Positions 46,878 through 56,936 of a stretch of 64,000 bases of DNA are shown here, piece by piece. The notes beneath the pieces were generated by a model that saw nothing but the letters and a program-made list of their open reading frames with translations, did not search any database and was not told the origin of the DNA. The stretch spans positions 11,148 through 75,147 of the forward strand of contig MUCR01000006.1 of the NCBI GenBank assembly GCA_002816455.1, given 5' to 3'. Origin of the DNA: SAR202 cluster bacterium Io17-Chloro-G4. GTDB lineage: Bacteria > Chloroflexota > Dehalococcoidia > Lucifugimonadales > UBA3495. The translations under genes and the position numbers were made by a program. Position 1 is the first letter of the stretch; each line of letters opens with the position of its first letter.

Positions 46878-48269
46878 ATGACTCAGGACACCGCTTTAAT
46901 GGCCCACCTACTCCGGCGAGCAGGCTTTGGCGCCACAAAAGATGAGCTCGATCAATACGTTGCCAAGGGTTACGAGGCCACGGTGGAGGAATTGCTCCAC
47001 CCGGAACTTGCTCCACCGTTGGATGAGGACGTAATCCGCCGTTACCACGTCGACCAGAACAGCCTGATGTACATCGAAAGCTGCCAGGCTTACTGGATGT
47101 ACCGCATGATCAACACCCAGCGGCCGCTGGAAGAAAAGATGGCGCTTTTTTGGCACGGTCTCTTTGCCACCGCCTACGGAAAGCTAAACCACGCCAAAGC
47201 GGTGATTAATCAGACTAACACCTTTCGTCGCGAGGGACTGGGCTCTTTCGCCAACCTTTTGAGAGAGTTGTCGCGAGACCCGGCAATGATTTTCTGGCTG
47301 GACAACAAAGACAACCACAAGGACGCCCCCAACGAGAACTTCGGCCGGGAGTTGCTGGAGTTGTTTTCCATGGGTATCGGTAACTACACGGAAGAGGATG
47401 TAAAGGCTTGCGCCAGAGCATTTACCGGTTGGACCATCCGTAATGCCGATTATATGAGCATACGAGCGTCCAGGGACTCCATATGGCCTTCAGGGCGTTT
47501 GGACTGGCAATTCCAATATTTGCCCGAGGACCACGACGATTCGGAAAAGAAATTTCTGGGACATACGGGGCGCTTCAACGGCGACGATATCATCGACATT
47601 ATCACCCAACATCCGGCCTCCAGTTGGTTCATCGCTGGCCAGCTTCACGACTTCTTCATCTCCGACACGCCAAACGAAGCAGCCACTCAATACCTGACCG
47701 AAGAGTTCCGGAAAGCGAAGGGAGATATCCGGTCGGTAATGCGGTCGCTGTTTCTTTCGGATTTCTTCCGCAGCGACGAGGCCCGCTTCGCCCGGGTCAA
47801 GAGCCCAGCGGAGTTGGTGGCGGGCACGGCACGGTTGGCTGGCGGCCGACGTTTCCCCGAGTGGAGCATAGTGAATCTCTCCAACGACGCCAATTTTATG
47901 GGCCAGGAAATCCTAAACCCTCCCACTGTGGAGGGATGGCACACCGGCCAGGAATGGGTGGACACCGGGACGTTGGTGGAGAGAGTTAACTCCGCCACGC
48001 TGGAGATGGGGGATGCAACCAAACCCGGCGTTCAGACAATCATCGGCAACATAAAGAACAAAGGTCCGGTCCTCTCGCCCAGGGAATTCGTTGAGGCCTG
48101 CTTGGATGAGGTGGGCTGTTTGACTGTTTCAGACAGTACCCTCGCTAGCCTGGAGTCCCACGCTAAAACTCAGGGCGACTTGAAATTTCGCGATTCGGAC
48201 TGCGCTGAGGAGCGTGTCACCGAAATGCTGCAATTAATCTTATCCACCCGAGAATATCAGATGGCGTGA
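46878..48269 (+). CDS. DUF1800 domain-containing protein
   Basis: 463 aa. N-terminal AHLLRRAGFGAT..EL, then NENFGRELLELFSMG and FTGW motifs typical of DUF1800. Ends in TGA. Confidence 0.8.
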   Translation: MTQDTALMAHLLRRAGFGATKDELDQYVAKGYEATVEELLHPELAPPLDEDVIRRYHVDQNSLMYIESCQAYWMYRMINTQRPLEEKMALFWHGLFATAYGKLNHAKAVINQTNTFRREGLGSFANLLRELSRDPAMIFWLDNKDNHKDAPNENFGRELLELFSMGIGNYTEEDVKACARAFTGWTIRNADYMSIRASRDSIWPSGRLDWQFQYLPEDHDDSEKKFLGHTGRFNGDDIIDIITQHPASSWFIAGQLHDFFISDTPNEAATQYLTEEFRKAKGDIRSVMRSLFLSDFFRSDEARFARVKSPAELVAGTARLAGGRRFPEWSIVNLSNDANFMGQEILNPPTVEGWHTGQEWVDTGTLVERVNSATLEMGDATKPGVQTIIGNIKNKGPVLSPREFVEACLDEVGCLTVSDSTLASLESHAKTQGDLKFRDSDCAEERVTEMLQLILSTREYQMA

Positions 48270-48302
48270 CCTAGCTATCAGCCGTCAGCCATCAGCCTAG
48301 CC
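48270..48302. repeat. Heptamer tandem repeat, family D (NNTCAGC)n
   Basis: ctagc tatcagc cgtcagc catcagc ctagcc, immediately after the DUF1800 stop codon. Confidence 0.7.
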
Positions 48303-48320
48303 ACCCGACAGAGGTGAGTT

Positions 48321-49337
48321 ATGACAACTAAGACCGCTTTTCAATATAGCCATACCATAGGCTTTCTAGCCAACAGATATAAAGGATTCCTGCATCCAGT
48401 GGATATGGTCATTGACTCCCAAGGCCTGCTTTACGTGCTGAATCGGGTCGGACCGGAAGTGGGCGTTCGAATCCCCTACAAGAGGATCACCATCTGCACG
48501 GTTGATGAAGAATACCTGGGCGAGATCAGCACCGGAGGGATGGGCGACGGCCAAATGTGGTGGCCCAGCGCCATGGCCTTCGACAGCGAGGACCAGCTTT
48601 ACGTGGCCGACGAGGCACTGAACCGGGTCTCGATTTTCTCCAAAGAGGGCGAATTTCTGAGCCAGTGGGGAGTCGCCGGCGCCGGTCCCGGTCAACTAGA
48701 CCGGCCCTCGGGCATCGCCTTCGACAGCGGCAACAACCTCTTGGTTACCGATAGCCTCAACCACCGGATTCAGCAATTTCACCGGGACGGGACGTTCGTT
48801 GGCGCATGGGGAGAATTTGGCGACGGGCCGGGGCAGTTCAATATGCCCTGGGGAATTGCCGTTGACCCAGCCGGTGATGTGTACGTGGCCGATTGGCGAA
48901 ACGACCGCATCCAGAAGCTGGACTCGGGCGGCAAGTTCATCGCCCAGTGGGGGTCCTCCGGAGAGGAAGAGGGGCAATTCAACCGGCCCGCCGGCGTTGC
49001 AGTGGATGAAGGCGGAGATATTTACGTGGCCGATTGGGGCAACGAGCGGGTGCAGGTGCTGAACCAGCAAGGAGAAGTCTTGGACATTCTTCGAGGCGAT
49101 TCAGTGGATTCCACTTGGGCCGAGGACTACTTCTTGGCCAATCCCGATGAAGGCGCCGCCCGGCGCGCCGCAGACTTGGAGCCGGTAGTGGACCCACCCT
49201 GGGAAAAACTGCGGGAAACTTCAGCCAACGTGGAAAAGCTGTTTTGGGGTCCCACATCGGTCAAGTTGGACGGCCAAGGCCGAGTCTACGTCGTGGACAG
49301 TTGCCGCCACCGCCTACAGATTTACCGCAAGAGCTAA
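48321..49337 (+). CDS. NHL-repeat beta-propeller protein
   Basis: 338 aa with repeated units ...P.G.A.D..G..YV.D..N.R.Q.F...G.F...WG..G.G.GQF. No obvious signal peptide. Confidence 0.8.
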   Translation: MTTKTAFQYSHTIGFLANRYKGFLHPVDMVIDSQGLLYVLNRVGPEVGVRIPYKRITICTVDEEYLGEISTGGMGDGQMWWPSAMAFDSEDQLYVADEALNRVSIFSKEGEFLSQWGVAGAGPGQLDRPSGIAFDSGNNLLVTDSLNHRIQQFHRDGTFVGAWGEFGDGPGQFNMPWGIAVDPAGDVYVADWRNDRIQKLDSGGKFIAQWGSSGEEEGQFNRPAGVAVDEGGDIYVADWGNERVQVLNQQGEVLDILRGDSVDSTWAEDYFLANPDEGAARRAADLEPVVDPPWEKLRETSANVEKLFWGPTSVKLDGQGRVYVVDSCRHRLQIYRKS

Positions 49338-49349
49338 GTTGCTAATTTT

Positions 49350-49432
49350 TTCACCGCAGAGAGCGCGGAGACCGCAGAGGGAAATACAAATGGACGATAA
49401 TTCTCTGCGAACTCGGCATCCTCTGCGGTGAA
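49350..49432. repeat. Family C inverted-repeat element
   Basis: ttcaccgcagagagcgcggagaccgcagag...ctctgcgaactcggcatcctctgcggtgaa between the convergent NHL and glnS genes. Confidence 0.8.
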
Positions 49433-49440
49433 TTTTCTTG

Positions 49441-51168
49441 CTACCCCCGGAACTTCTCCGTCCTAGCCCAAGAATCTCTCAGTGGCACCGTGCGGTTGAA
49501 CACCAGCATGCCGGGGGCTGAATCCGCAGAGTCTACACAAAAGTAGCCCTGTCTGAGGAACTGATAGGTGCTGCCCGGCGCCGCCGTAGCCAGGCTCGGC
49601 TCCACCTTGCAACCGGTCAGGAGCTCCAGGGAATTGGGGTTAAGATGGTCGGCTAATTCATGTTCGACGGGTCTAACGTTTGACTCCTCTTCAAATTCGT
49701 GGTCAGAAACACCCATCGGTTCGGCATCGGCAAACAATGTATCGTAGAGCCGCACCTCTGCATCGATAGCGTGGGCTTCGGACACCCAGTGGGAAGTGCC
49801 CCTGACTTTCCGGCCATCGGCGGTTTGGCCGCCCTGGGATTCGGGGTCATAAGTGCAGTGGAGCTCCTCCACCTCGCCGGTAGTCTCGTTTTTGATGACG
49901 TCCACGCAGGTAACGTAGTAGGCGTCCTTTAAGCGAACCTCCCGGCCCGGAGACAGCCGGTAGAAGCCTTTGGGCGGGTCCTCTCGAAAATCTTCCTGTT
50001 CTATGTAAACCACTTTGGAGAACGGAATTTTCCTCGAACCGTGAGAAGGATCTTCGGGATTGTTGACCGAGTCCACTTCCTCAACTTGGCCCTCGGGGTA
50101 ATTGTCTATCACCAATCTTAGAGGTCGCAGCACACCCATGACCCTGGGGGCGCGCCGGTTCAGGTCCTCCCGGATGCTGTGCTCCAGCAGGGCAAGTTCC
50201 ACCACGGTATCCCGCTTGGCCACACCGATCTTGTCGCAGAAGTTGCGGATGGCCTCCGGGGTGTAACCCCGACGGCGGAGACCGGACAGAGTGGGCATCC
50301 GAGGGTCGTCCCAACCGGTCACATGACCATTCTCGACAAGTTCAATCAGCTTGCGTTTGCTCAGCACCGTGTAGCTCAGGTTGAGGCGGGCGAACTCGAT
50401 TTGCTGAGGATGGAATATCTCTAGCGACTCCAGGAACCAGTTGTATAGCGGCCGGTGGTCCTCAAACTCCAGAGTGCATATCGAGTGGGTTACCCCTTCG
50501 ATGGAATCGGACTGGCCGTGGGTAAAATCGTAGGTGGGATAAATGCACCAAGTATCCCCCGTGCGGTGATGCGAAGCCTTGAGGATCCGGTAGATTACCG
50601 GGTCCCGCAGATTAACGTTGGGTGAAGCCATGTCGATCTTGGCGCGGAGTACGTGAGCGCCTTCGTCGAAATTCCCGGCCCGCATCTTCTCAAACAAGGT
50701 CAAGTTCTCTTCAATAGAGCGGTCCCTGTATGGGCTGTCCTTGCCCGGCTCGGTCAGGGTGCCGCGGTACTCCCTAATTTCCTGGGGGCTCAAGTCGCAC
50801 ACATACGCTTTGCCCTTTTGGATCAACTGCACTGCATATTCGTATAGGGATTCGAAATAATCCGAGGCGAAGTAGAGGTGCTCTCCCCAATTCCAGCCCA
50901 ACCACCTGACATCTTCTTGGATGGAATCCACAAATTCGACTTCTTCCTTGGTAGGGTTAGTGTCATCGAAGCGCAGGTGGCATCGGCCACCGTTTTCCGA
51001 AGCCACACCAAAGTTAAGGCAGACCGACTTGGCATGGCCTATATGCAGATACCCATTGGGTTCCGGTGGAAAACGGGTGACAACCTGACCGCCGTTTTTG
51101 ACGGCCCGCACATCATCGGACACTATGTTTCGCACAAAGTCGCTTGGGGCGCTGGTCTCGTTAGTCAA
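49441..51168 (-). CDS. glnS: Glutamine--tRNA ligase
   Basis: 575 aa. FVRNI...D........[19 protein letters not shown] (HIGH) and VLSKRKL (KMSKS-like). Confidence 0.95.
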   Translation of the reverse strand: MTNETSAPSDFVRNIVSDDVRAVKNGGQVVTRFPPEPNGYLHIGHAKSVCLNFGVASENGGRCHLRFDDTNPTKEEVEFVDSIQEDVRWLGWNWGEHLYFASDYFESLYEYAVQLIQKGKAYVCDLSPQEIREYRGTLTEPGKDSPYRDRSIEENLTLFEKMRAGNFDEGAHVLRAKIDMASPNVNLRDPVIYRILKASHHRTGDTWCIYPTYDFTHGQSDSIEGVTHSICTLEFEDHRPLYNWFLESLEIFHPQQIEFARLNLSYTVLSKRKLIELVENGHVTGWDDPRMPTLSGLRRRGYTPEAIRNFCDKIGVAKRDTVVELALLEHSIREDLNRRAPRVMGVLRPLRLVIDNYPEGQVEEVDSVNNPEDPSHGSRKIPFSKVVYIEQEDFREDPPKGFYRLSPGREVRLKDAYYVTCVDVIKNETTGEVEELHCTYDPESQGGQTADGRKVRGTSHWVSEAHAIDAEVRLYDTLFADAEPMGVSDHEFEEESNVRPVEHELADHLNPNSLELLTGCKVEPSLATAAPGSTYQFLRQGYFCVDSADSAPGMLVFNRTVPLRDSWARTEKFRG

Positions 51169-51203
51169 TATGCTGACGCCTCATTGCTGGTCAATTCTTT
51201 AAC

Positions 51204-52709
51204 TTAGTCAGTGTCGCCCAGTCTCTCAATAGCCTGCCGGATCCGGTCTAGTACCCGCTCCCTTCCCAGCACCTCCATGGTTTCAAACAATGGAGGTGTG
51301 GCATCTTTGCCCGTGGCGGCCACCCGCAAAGTGCCGAAAAATTGCCGAGGCGACAGTTCCAGCTCGTTCGCCGCAGCCCGCAACGCCTGTTCCAGTGGTT
51401 CATGCTCAAAGGTTTTGGCGCCGGACATCTCAGCCTGGCAAGCGGCCAACGCAGCGAGCGCCGACTCCTTATTCATGTCCTTCTGTATCAGCCTTTGAGG
51501 ATCAAAGTCCAATTCAGTTTGAAAGAAAAAATCCGTCATCCCCACTGCTTCGGGCAGCAGTTTGATCCGCTCTCGGATCAAAGGCACGATTTGCAACAAG
51601 TAATCCCGGTCCACCGGCAAAGATTCCGAGGGTAAGCCCTTTTCCAAGTGGGGCAAAATCCGGTCCGCCAAGTCTTCTTCGGAAAGCTGCCTGATGTACA
51701 TACCGTTCATCCAAGTCAACTTTTCGTAATCGAAAATCGCTGGCGCTTTGTTGACCCGCTCAAGACCGAAATTCTCTATAACCGTGCTGGGAGTCATGAT
51801 TTCCGTGTGGTCGTCCAAAGACCAACCGACCAACTCCAAGAAATTTACCAGGGCCTCTTGTATAAACCCTTCGTCCCGGTATTCCAGCACAGCGGTGGCA
51901 CCGTGGCGTTTGGAAAGTTTGGCCCGGTCCGGACCCAAAATCATGGGCAAGTGGGCGAACTCGGGCGGCTCAAAACCCATAGCGTTGTGGAGTTGCAGGT
52001 GCCTATGTGTGCTGGGTAGCCACTCCTCGGCGCGCATTACGTGGCTAATTTCCATCAGATGATCATCGGTCACCACCGCCATGTGGTAGGTGGGAAAGCC
52101 GTCGGACTTTATCAGGATGAAGTCGTCCATAAGCTCGTTTTGCCAGGCCACATGGCCTCGGATCAAGTCCTCAAACTCCGTAGCCCCTGAAGCAGGCGAG
52201 GCGAATCGAATAACAAAACGTCCGGCCTCAGCATCTTTCGCTCGGCGTTCATCTTTGGATAAGTTCCGGCAATGGCGGTCGTAGCCGATGGAAATCTTGG
52301 CGCTGGCTTGAGCTTTCCGTATCTCTACCAGCCGCTCCTCCGAGCAGTAGCAGCGATAGGCCGACTCCCTGTCCAGCAACTCATCGGCCAGTTTTTGGTA
52401 AATATCCAAGCGCTCGGACTGGAAGTAGGGACCATATGGTCCACCAACGCGGGGACCCTCGTCCCATTGGATGTCCAGCCAGTCCAAAGCCTCCAATACC
52501 GCATCGGTGGCCCCGGGCACCAGCCGGTCCTGATCCGTATCTTCTACACGCACAATAAATTTTCCGCCGTGATGCCTGGCAAAGAGCCAATTAAACAGGG
52601 CGGTCCTGATATTGCCTATGTGAGGAAAGCCCGTTGGGCTAGGCGCGAAACGGACACGGACATCGTCTGTCCGGCTGGTTTTTTGCAACGGAATCCCTTC
52701 TATGATCAC
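51204..52709 (-). CDS. gltX: Glutamate--tRNA ligase
   Basis: 501 aa. VRVRFAPSPTGFPHIGN.RTALFNW, DG.PTYH.A.V.DD, KLSKRHG. Confidence 0.95.
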   Translation of the reverse strand: MIIEGIPLQKTSRTDDVRVRFAPSPTGFPHIGNIRTALFNWLFARHHGGKFIVRVEDTDQDRLVPGATDAVLEALDWLDIQWDEGPRVGGPYGPYFQSERLDIYQKLADELLDRESAYRCYCSEERLVEIRKAQASAKISIGYDRHCRNLSKDERRAKDAEAGRFVIRFASPASGATEFEDLIRGHVAWQNELMDDFILIKSDGFPTYHMAVVTDDHLMEISHVMRAEEWLPSTHRHLQLHNAMGFEPPEFAHLPMILGPDRAKLSKRHGATAVLEYRDEGFIQEALVNFLELVGWSLDDHTEIMTPSTVIENFGLERVNKAPAIFDYEKLTWMNGMYIRQLSEEDLADRILPHLEKGLPSESLPVDRDYLLQIVPLIRERIKLLPEAVGMTDFFFQTELDFDPQRLIQKDMNKESALAALAACQAEMSGAKTFEHEPLEQALRAAANELELSPRQFFGTLRVAATGKDATPPLFETMEVLGRERVLDRIRQAIERLGDTD

Positions 52710-52806
52710 AAATTACGGGGCTTAATTCTAGCACGATTCGTGGCCTGGGTTCAGAGGCGATCCACACCAAGGGGTAACCTTCCTTCTCGTCGGGGGCCGC
52801 TCCCCC

Positions 52807-52910
52807 GTTAGTGGTGAGCTTGTCGAACCACCTGGGTGATCGAACATTGGTCCTTCGACAGGTCCGACTTTGTCGAGACTCTCGATGGAATCGGAGCTCA
52901 GGATGAGCGG
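52807..52910. repeat. Family A repeat units (degenerate)
   Basis: gttagtggtgagcttgtcgaaccacc ... tccttcgacaggtcc ... ggagctcaggatgagcgg. Confidence 0.6.
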
Positions 52911-52959
52911 ACTGCTAACATCCACCGCACTGGGGACAGGGCTTTTTTACCCCACCATC

Positions 52960-53916
52960 TTAATTGGGTGCTTTTTCGCGTAAGGCCTCCAAGACATCAT
53001 CTAAATCTTGGGGCGGCAGGGACCGGAACTCCACGTCCTGGCCGCTGGCCGGATGGCGAAAACCCAAGTGATTGGCGTGGAGGAACTGGCGGTTGAGTAT
53101 GGAAGATGCTTTGCCGTAAAGCGGGTCACCAAGCAGCGGATAGCCCTGGTAAGCCAGGTGGACCCTTATCTGATGGGTGCGCCCCGATTCTAGGTAAATC
53201 TGCAGCAGTGTGTATCCGTTAATTTTTTCCAAAACTTGGTAATTGGTCCGGGACTCCCGTCCCCCCGGACCCACGGCCATTCGTTTACGGTTTCGGGGGT
53301 CCCGGCCAATGGGTGCGTCGATCTGGCCTTTGGCGTCTGGGAAGACCCCGGTGGCCAGAGCCAAATATCCTTTGGTTACTTGCCGGTCTTTAATCTGGGC
53401 GGATAGGGCCAAGTGGGCTTGGTGGGTCTTGGCCACCATCATCAATCCTGATGTGTCCTTGTCCAACCGGTGCGCTATTCCCGGCCTCACACCTTCACCG
53501 ATTCCTTGAATGTCGGGGCACAGTGCCAGCAGCCCGTTTACCAAAGTGCGGTCTGGATGGCCCGGACCGGGATGGACGGAAATGCCGGGAGGTTTATCGA
53601 TAACGACAATGTGCTCATCCTGAAATACGACCTGCAGCGGCATCCATTGAGGCACCAAGTCCAGGGGTCGTGGCGCCGGCACCGTCACGGAAACCCTGTC
53701 GCCCTGATGAATCGTTTGCGACGGCTTGCTGGTATGGCCGTTAACTAAAACAGAGCCTTGGACCACCAGCCGGTGTAGCTGGCTCCGAGTCAACCCAATA
53801 TCTAAAGCCGCCAGAAAATGGTCCAATCGGGACCAGGTTTTTTCGACCTTATACTCCTTGGCGGGGGCTCGGCTGACTAATCCGGGTTCGACTACCATAC
53901 CGTCATTCCCGCCCAT
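52960..53916 (-). CDS. rluD: RluA-family 23S rRNA pseudouridine synthase (RluD-like)
   Basis: 318 aa. N-terminal S4 domain, then V..DKP.G..VHPG.GH, HRLDKDTSGL, and GRTHQIRVHL. Confidence 0.9.
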   Translation of the reverse strand: MGGNDGMVVEPGLVSRAPAKEYKVEKTWSRLDHFLAALDIGLTRSQLHRLVVQGSVLVNGHTSKPSQTIHQGDRVSVTVPAPRPLDLVPQWMPLQVVFQDEHIVVIDKPPGISVHPGPGHPDRTLVNGLLALCPDIQGIGEGVRPGIAHRLDKDTSGLMMVAKTHQAHLALSAQIKDRQVTKGYLALATGVFPDAKGQIDAPIGRDPRNRKRMAVGPGGRESRTNYQVLEKINGYTLLQIYLESGRTHQIRVHLAYQGYPLLGDPLYGKASSILNRQFLHANHLGFRHPASGQDVEFRSLPPQDLDDVLEALREKAPN

Positions 53917-54673
53917 CTGAGTGGCCGGGATCGCCGAGTTCCCCAGATTCCCTAATCTCCCCAGACTCCAAATGATTTTTTGGGTCGTCCGGTTCGGATA
54001 TTTCTGCGCCTGACCGCAGGCTGGATTCTGGTTCCTCTGTGATACCGAAATTCGGGTCCGGATCGTTCACGGGAATCTCCGCTGCTCCGACTCCAGCTAT
54101 CGTCTCCACGGCGGCATTCTTAGACCCGGCGCTGGACTTGGCCCGATTGGATTTGGAGCCGTCCGAGATTAAAAACATCCAAGCCAGCAAAGACAAACCG
54201 ATGACTATTGACGCATCTGCCAGGTTGAAAATCGGCCAGGAACCGACGTCCACAAAATCGGTGACATGGCCCAACCGCACTCGGTCCAACAAGTTTCCGG
54301 CGGCGCCGCCGAACTGCAAGCCCAAACTCAATCGGAGCAGGTTCCCTGGTTGGCGCTGGCTCCGGTAAATCAAGTACAGTATCGTGATTCCCACCACGGA
54401 AACCAAAATCAATGAGAAATTTTGGTCGCGAAAAAGGCCAAAGGCGCTGCCACTATTAAATGTGTGGGTGAGTCGGAAAAAGCCTTCCGACGGAACTGAT
54501 TCCCGAAGTTCCAAGAACTCCCGCACCAGCCATTTTGTGAACTGGTCCGCCAAGAAGACAATGGCAAGCAATTGGAGGAGGACCCAGTCCTTGTAGATGG
54601 GGCGTCGCAGGATTGTCACGGTCCCGGGTTTTTTACTGGGTACACCGGCTTTTTGGACCTCATGCTGGGGCAT
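53903..54673 (-). CDS. lspA: Lipoprotein signal peptidase II with long acidic C-terminal extension
   Basis: 256 aa. The core (DQ.TK......N.G.AFG...., GGA.GNL.DR...G.V.DF, FN.AD) ends at about residue 165. The remaining approximately 90 aa are low complexity. Overlaps the rluD start by 14 nt. Confidence 0.85.
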   Translation of the reverse strand: MPQHEVQKAGVPSKKPGTVTILRRPIYKDWVLLQLLAIVFLADQFTKWLVREFLELRESVPSEGFFRLTHTFNSGSAFGLFRDQNFSLILVSVVGITILYLIYRSQRQPGNLLRLSLGLQFGGAAGNLLDRVRLGHVTDFVDVGSWPIFNLADASIVIGLSLLAWMFLISDGSKSNRAKSSAGSKNAAVETIAGVGAAEIPVNDPDPNFGITEEPESSLRSGAEISEPDDPKNHLESGEIRESGELGDPGHSDGRE

Positions 54674-54713
54674 AATCGGTTACTTCAACGCCCGTGTTAC
54701 TTAGGTGCCCCAA

Positions 54714-55355
54714 TTATTCTAGAGCGCCTGTGAAAAACTCGACCACCGGCGGCGCTAGTTGGTCCTCGTAGCCATACCAAAAGTGGTCGGCGCCAGCAAC
54801 GACGACGCGGCCCGGAGGGTGAGAAAAGGCGTCTAAGGCCGGGATATACTCTTCCGATTTGAACGACTTGTCCTGGTCGCCCACAATGACAAATGCCGGA
54901 TGGTCATACCTCTTCAATTCCGTAGCTTCCAGGTTAACGAGTGACGGGGAAACCAGGGCGAAGGCCCTAGCGTTTTTATGTAGCTCTGGGTTGTTCAGCA
55001 CGACCCTGGAGCCAAAGGAGTAACCCGCCAGCCCTATTCTTCTAGAATCCACACCCGGCCAGGCCTTCACCAAATCTAATGCGCCCAACGCTTCCTCTGT
55101 CTCAAGCTCGCCCTTGGTGTGCTCGCCTTCGCTGTTGCCCACGCCCCGGAAATTGAACCTCAAGGTGACGAACCCTTGTTGGGCCAAGGCAAAACTCAGC
55201 GACAGCACCACGTTGTTCTCCATGTTGCCGCCGTATAAGGGATGGGGATGGCAGATAACCACCCCGGGTATGGAGCCGTTGTGCTCATCAGGTTGAGCCA
55301 CCACGCCCTCGAAGCTCAAGCCTTTGACCTTAAATGACACGGCGCTCTGTCGCAA
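54714..55355 (-). CDS. Alpha/beta hydrolase (short, dienelactone-hydrolase-like)
   Basis: 213 aa. HPHPLYGG..., RFNFRGVG.S.G, and the nucleophile elbow GYSFGS. Confidence 0.7.
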   Translation of the reverse strand: MRQSAVSFKVKGLSFEGVVAQPDEHNGSIPGVVICHPHPLYGGNMENNVVLSLSFALAQQGFVTLRFNFRGVGNSEGEHTKGELETEEALGALDLVKAWPGVDSRRIGLAGYSFGSRVVLNNPELHKNARAFALVSPSLVNLEATELKRYDHPAFVIVGDQDKSFKSEEYIPALDAFSHPPGRVVVAGADHFWYGYEDQLAPPVVEFFTGALE

Positions 55356-55557
55356 CGCTCAACCTCCAATCCACATAAGCGGTCAGTCCAGGCAGTCCTG
55401 CTTCTATATTAAGAGAAGCGAGGCCTCATCTGCAAGAATGCTTCCCCACTAACCGCATCTTAGCCGGATTTATAGTGTTGGCAGAAATATCCTGCTAGAA
55501 TAGCCCCTACCTTGGCGTCGTTAGCCAATCTGAAGACTAGGCTCGGGAGCGGGGCGA

Positions 55558-55730
55558 AATCCCCCTTAATCCCCCTTTAAAAAGGGGGGGGCTGGAATCC
55601 GGGAGCTGCAATGTGTAGTGACGATGCAATTTCCCGTTCTTGGCAATTTTCAGGTTTGTCCTTTGGGATTTGACCCTCAGCCTCAAAACCAGAGCCTCTC
55701 CCTTTGTAAATGGGGATTGAGGGGGATTTA
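55558..55730. repeat. Family E inverted-repeat (MITE-like) element
   Basis: Left arm aaatcccccttaatccccctttaaaaagggg (55558-55588). The right arm ctccctttgtaaatggggattgagggggattta (55698-55730) is its imperfect reverse complement. Confidence 0.75.
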
Positions 55731-55778
55731 AAACCGCCAGGGTCAACAAAGATTCAGCAACACACACTGGAGGCGTGG

Positions 55779-56825
55779 ATGGCAGTAATTGATTTGCGCA
55801 GTGATACGGTCACCAAACCCACCGACGAGATGCGGCGGGCGATGGCCGAGGCCGAAGTCGGAGACGACGTTTTTGGTGAAGACCCTACCATAAATAAGTT
55901 GCAAGAACGGGCTGCGGAGATGCTGGGCAAAGAGGCCGGCCTGATCACCACCAGCGGCACCATGAGCAACCTAATAGCCGCCTTGACCTATTGTCACCGG
56001 GGCGACGAAATCATCATGGGCGACCAAGCCCATATGTTCTGGAACGAATCGGCGGGAGCAGCCGCATTGGCTGGGGCCCAATCGCGTTTGGTGCCCAATG
56101 ACGAACAAGGCCGCATCAACCCAGCGGATGTGGAAGCGGCCATCCGTCCCAAAACCAACATCCATTTCCCTCCGACAACCTTGGTATGCTTGGAAAACAC
56201 GCACAACCGTTGCAGCGGCATGGTTCTGACCCCGGAAGACACCAAGGGCGTCGCCGACGTGGCCCACGCCGCTGGCGCTGCCGTCCACCTAGACGGGGCT
56301 AGGATTTTCAACGCGGCCGTAGCCCTGGAAGTCCCGGCTGCGGAGCTGGTTAAGGACGTAGACGACATTAGCTTTTGCCTCTCCAAGGGCTTGAGTTGCC
56401 CCGTGGGCTCGGTCATCTGTGGGTCCCAAGATTTTATTGACGAAGCGCGCAAATGGCGCAAAATGGTGGGCGGCGGAATGCGCCAAGCCGGGGTGCTGGC
56501 TGCGGCGGGCTTGGTTGCCATGGACACGATGATTGACCGGATGGCCGACGACCATGCCAACGCTAAGAGACTAGCCGAAGGGCTCGCCAACATCGATGGG
56601 CTCAGCGTCGACTCGGAGAAAATCCAGACCAACATCGTGATCTTCGAGGTGGACCCGGCACTAGCAACGGTCCAACAGTTCATGAGTGCGCTGGACCATG
56701 AGGGCGTGAAGGTCTCTTACCCCGGCGAGCACACCATCAGGATGGTCACCCACCGCCACATCGATAGCGGCGACGTGGACGATGCCTTATCCAGGGTGTC
56801 CAACGTGGCCAAAGGGTTTAAGTAA
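55779..56825 (+). CDS. ltaE: Low-specificity L-threonine aldolase
   Basis: [31 protein letters not shown] and the PLP Lys region FCLSKGL. ATG at 55779 with SD GGAGG. The tracked start at 55710 lies inside the repeat. Confidence 0.85.
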   Translation: MAVIDLRSDTVTKPTDEMRRAMAEAEVGDDVFGEDPTINKLQERAAEMLGKEAGLITTSGTMSNLIAALTYCHRGDEIIMGDQAHMFWNESAGAAALAGAQSRLVPNDEQGRINPADVEAAIRPKTNIHFPPTTLVCLENTHNRCSGMVLTPEDTKGVADVAHAAGAAVHLDGARIFNAAVALEVPAAELVKDVDDISFCLSKGLSCPVGSVICGSQDFIDEARKWRKMVGGGMRQAGVLAAAGLVAMDTMIDRMADDHANAKRLAEGLANIDGLSVDSEKIQTNIVIFEVDPALATVQQFMSALDHEGVKVSYPGEHTIRMVTHRHIDSGDVDDALSRVSNVAKGFK

Positions 56826-56936
56826 GCGGTCAGCATCCGGCAGTCGGCCACGGATACACGCCAACGATGGCTGTCGGTCGCTATGCAGCCGGTCACAAAA
56901 GCGGCCCAAAAGTAAATCGGAGGAGGGAACCCCAAT

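Noticed and set aside
48267-48323. Possible TGA read-through fusing DUF1800 to the NHL-repeat protein. They are in the same frame, with only two TGA codons between them.
   Set aside because: The linker is a heptamer repeat array, and the NHL gene has its own strong SD and ATG. Same-frame placement over 16 codons is not statistically surprising.
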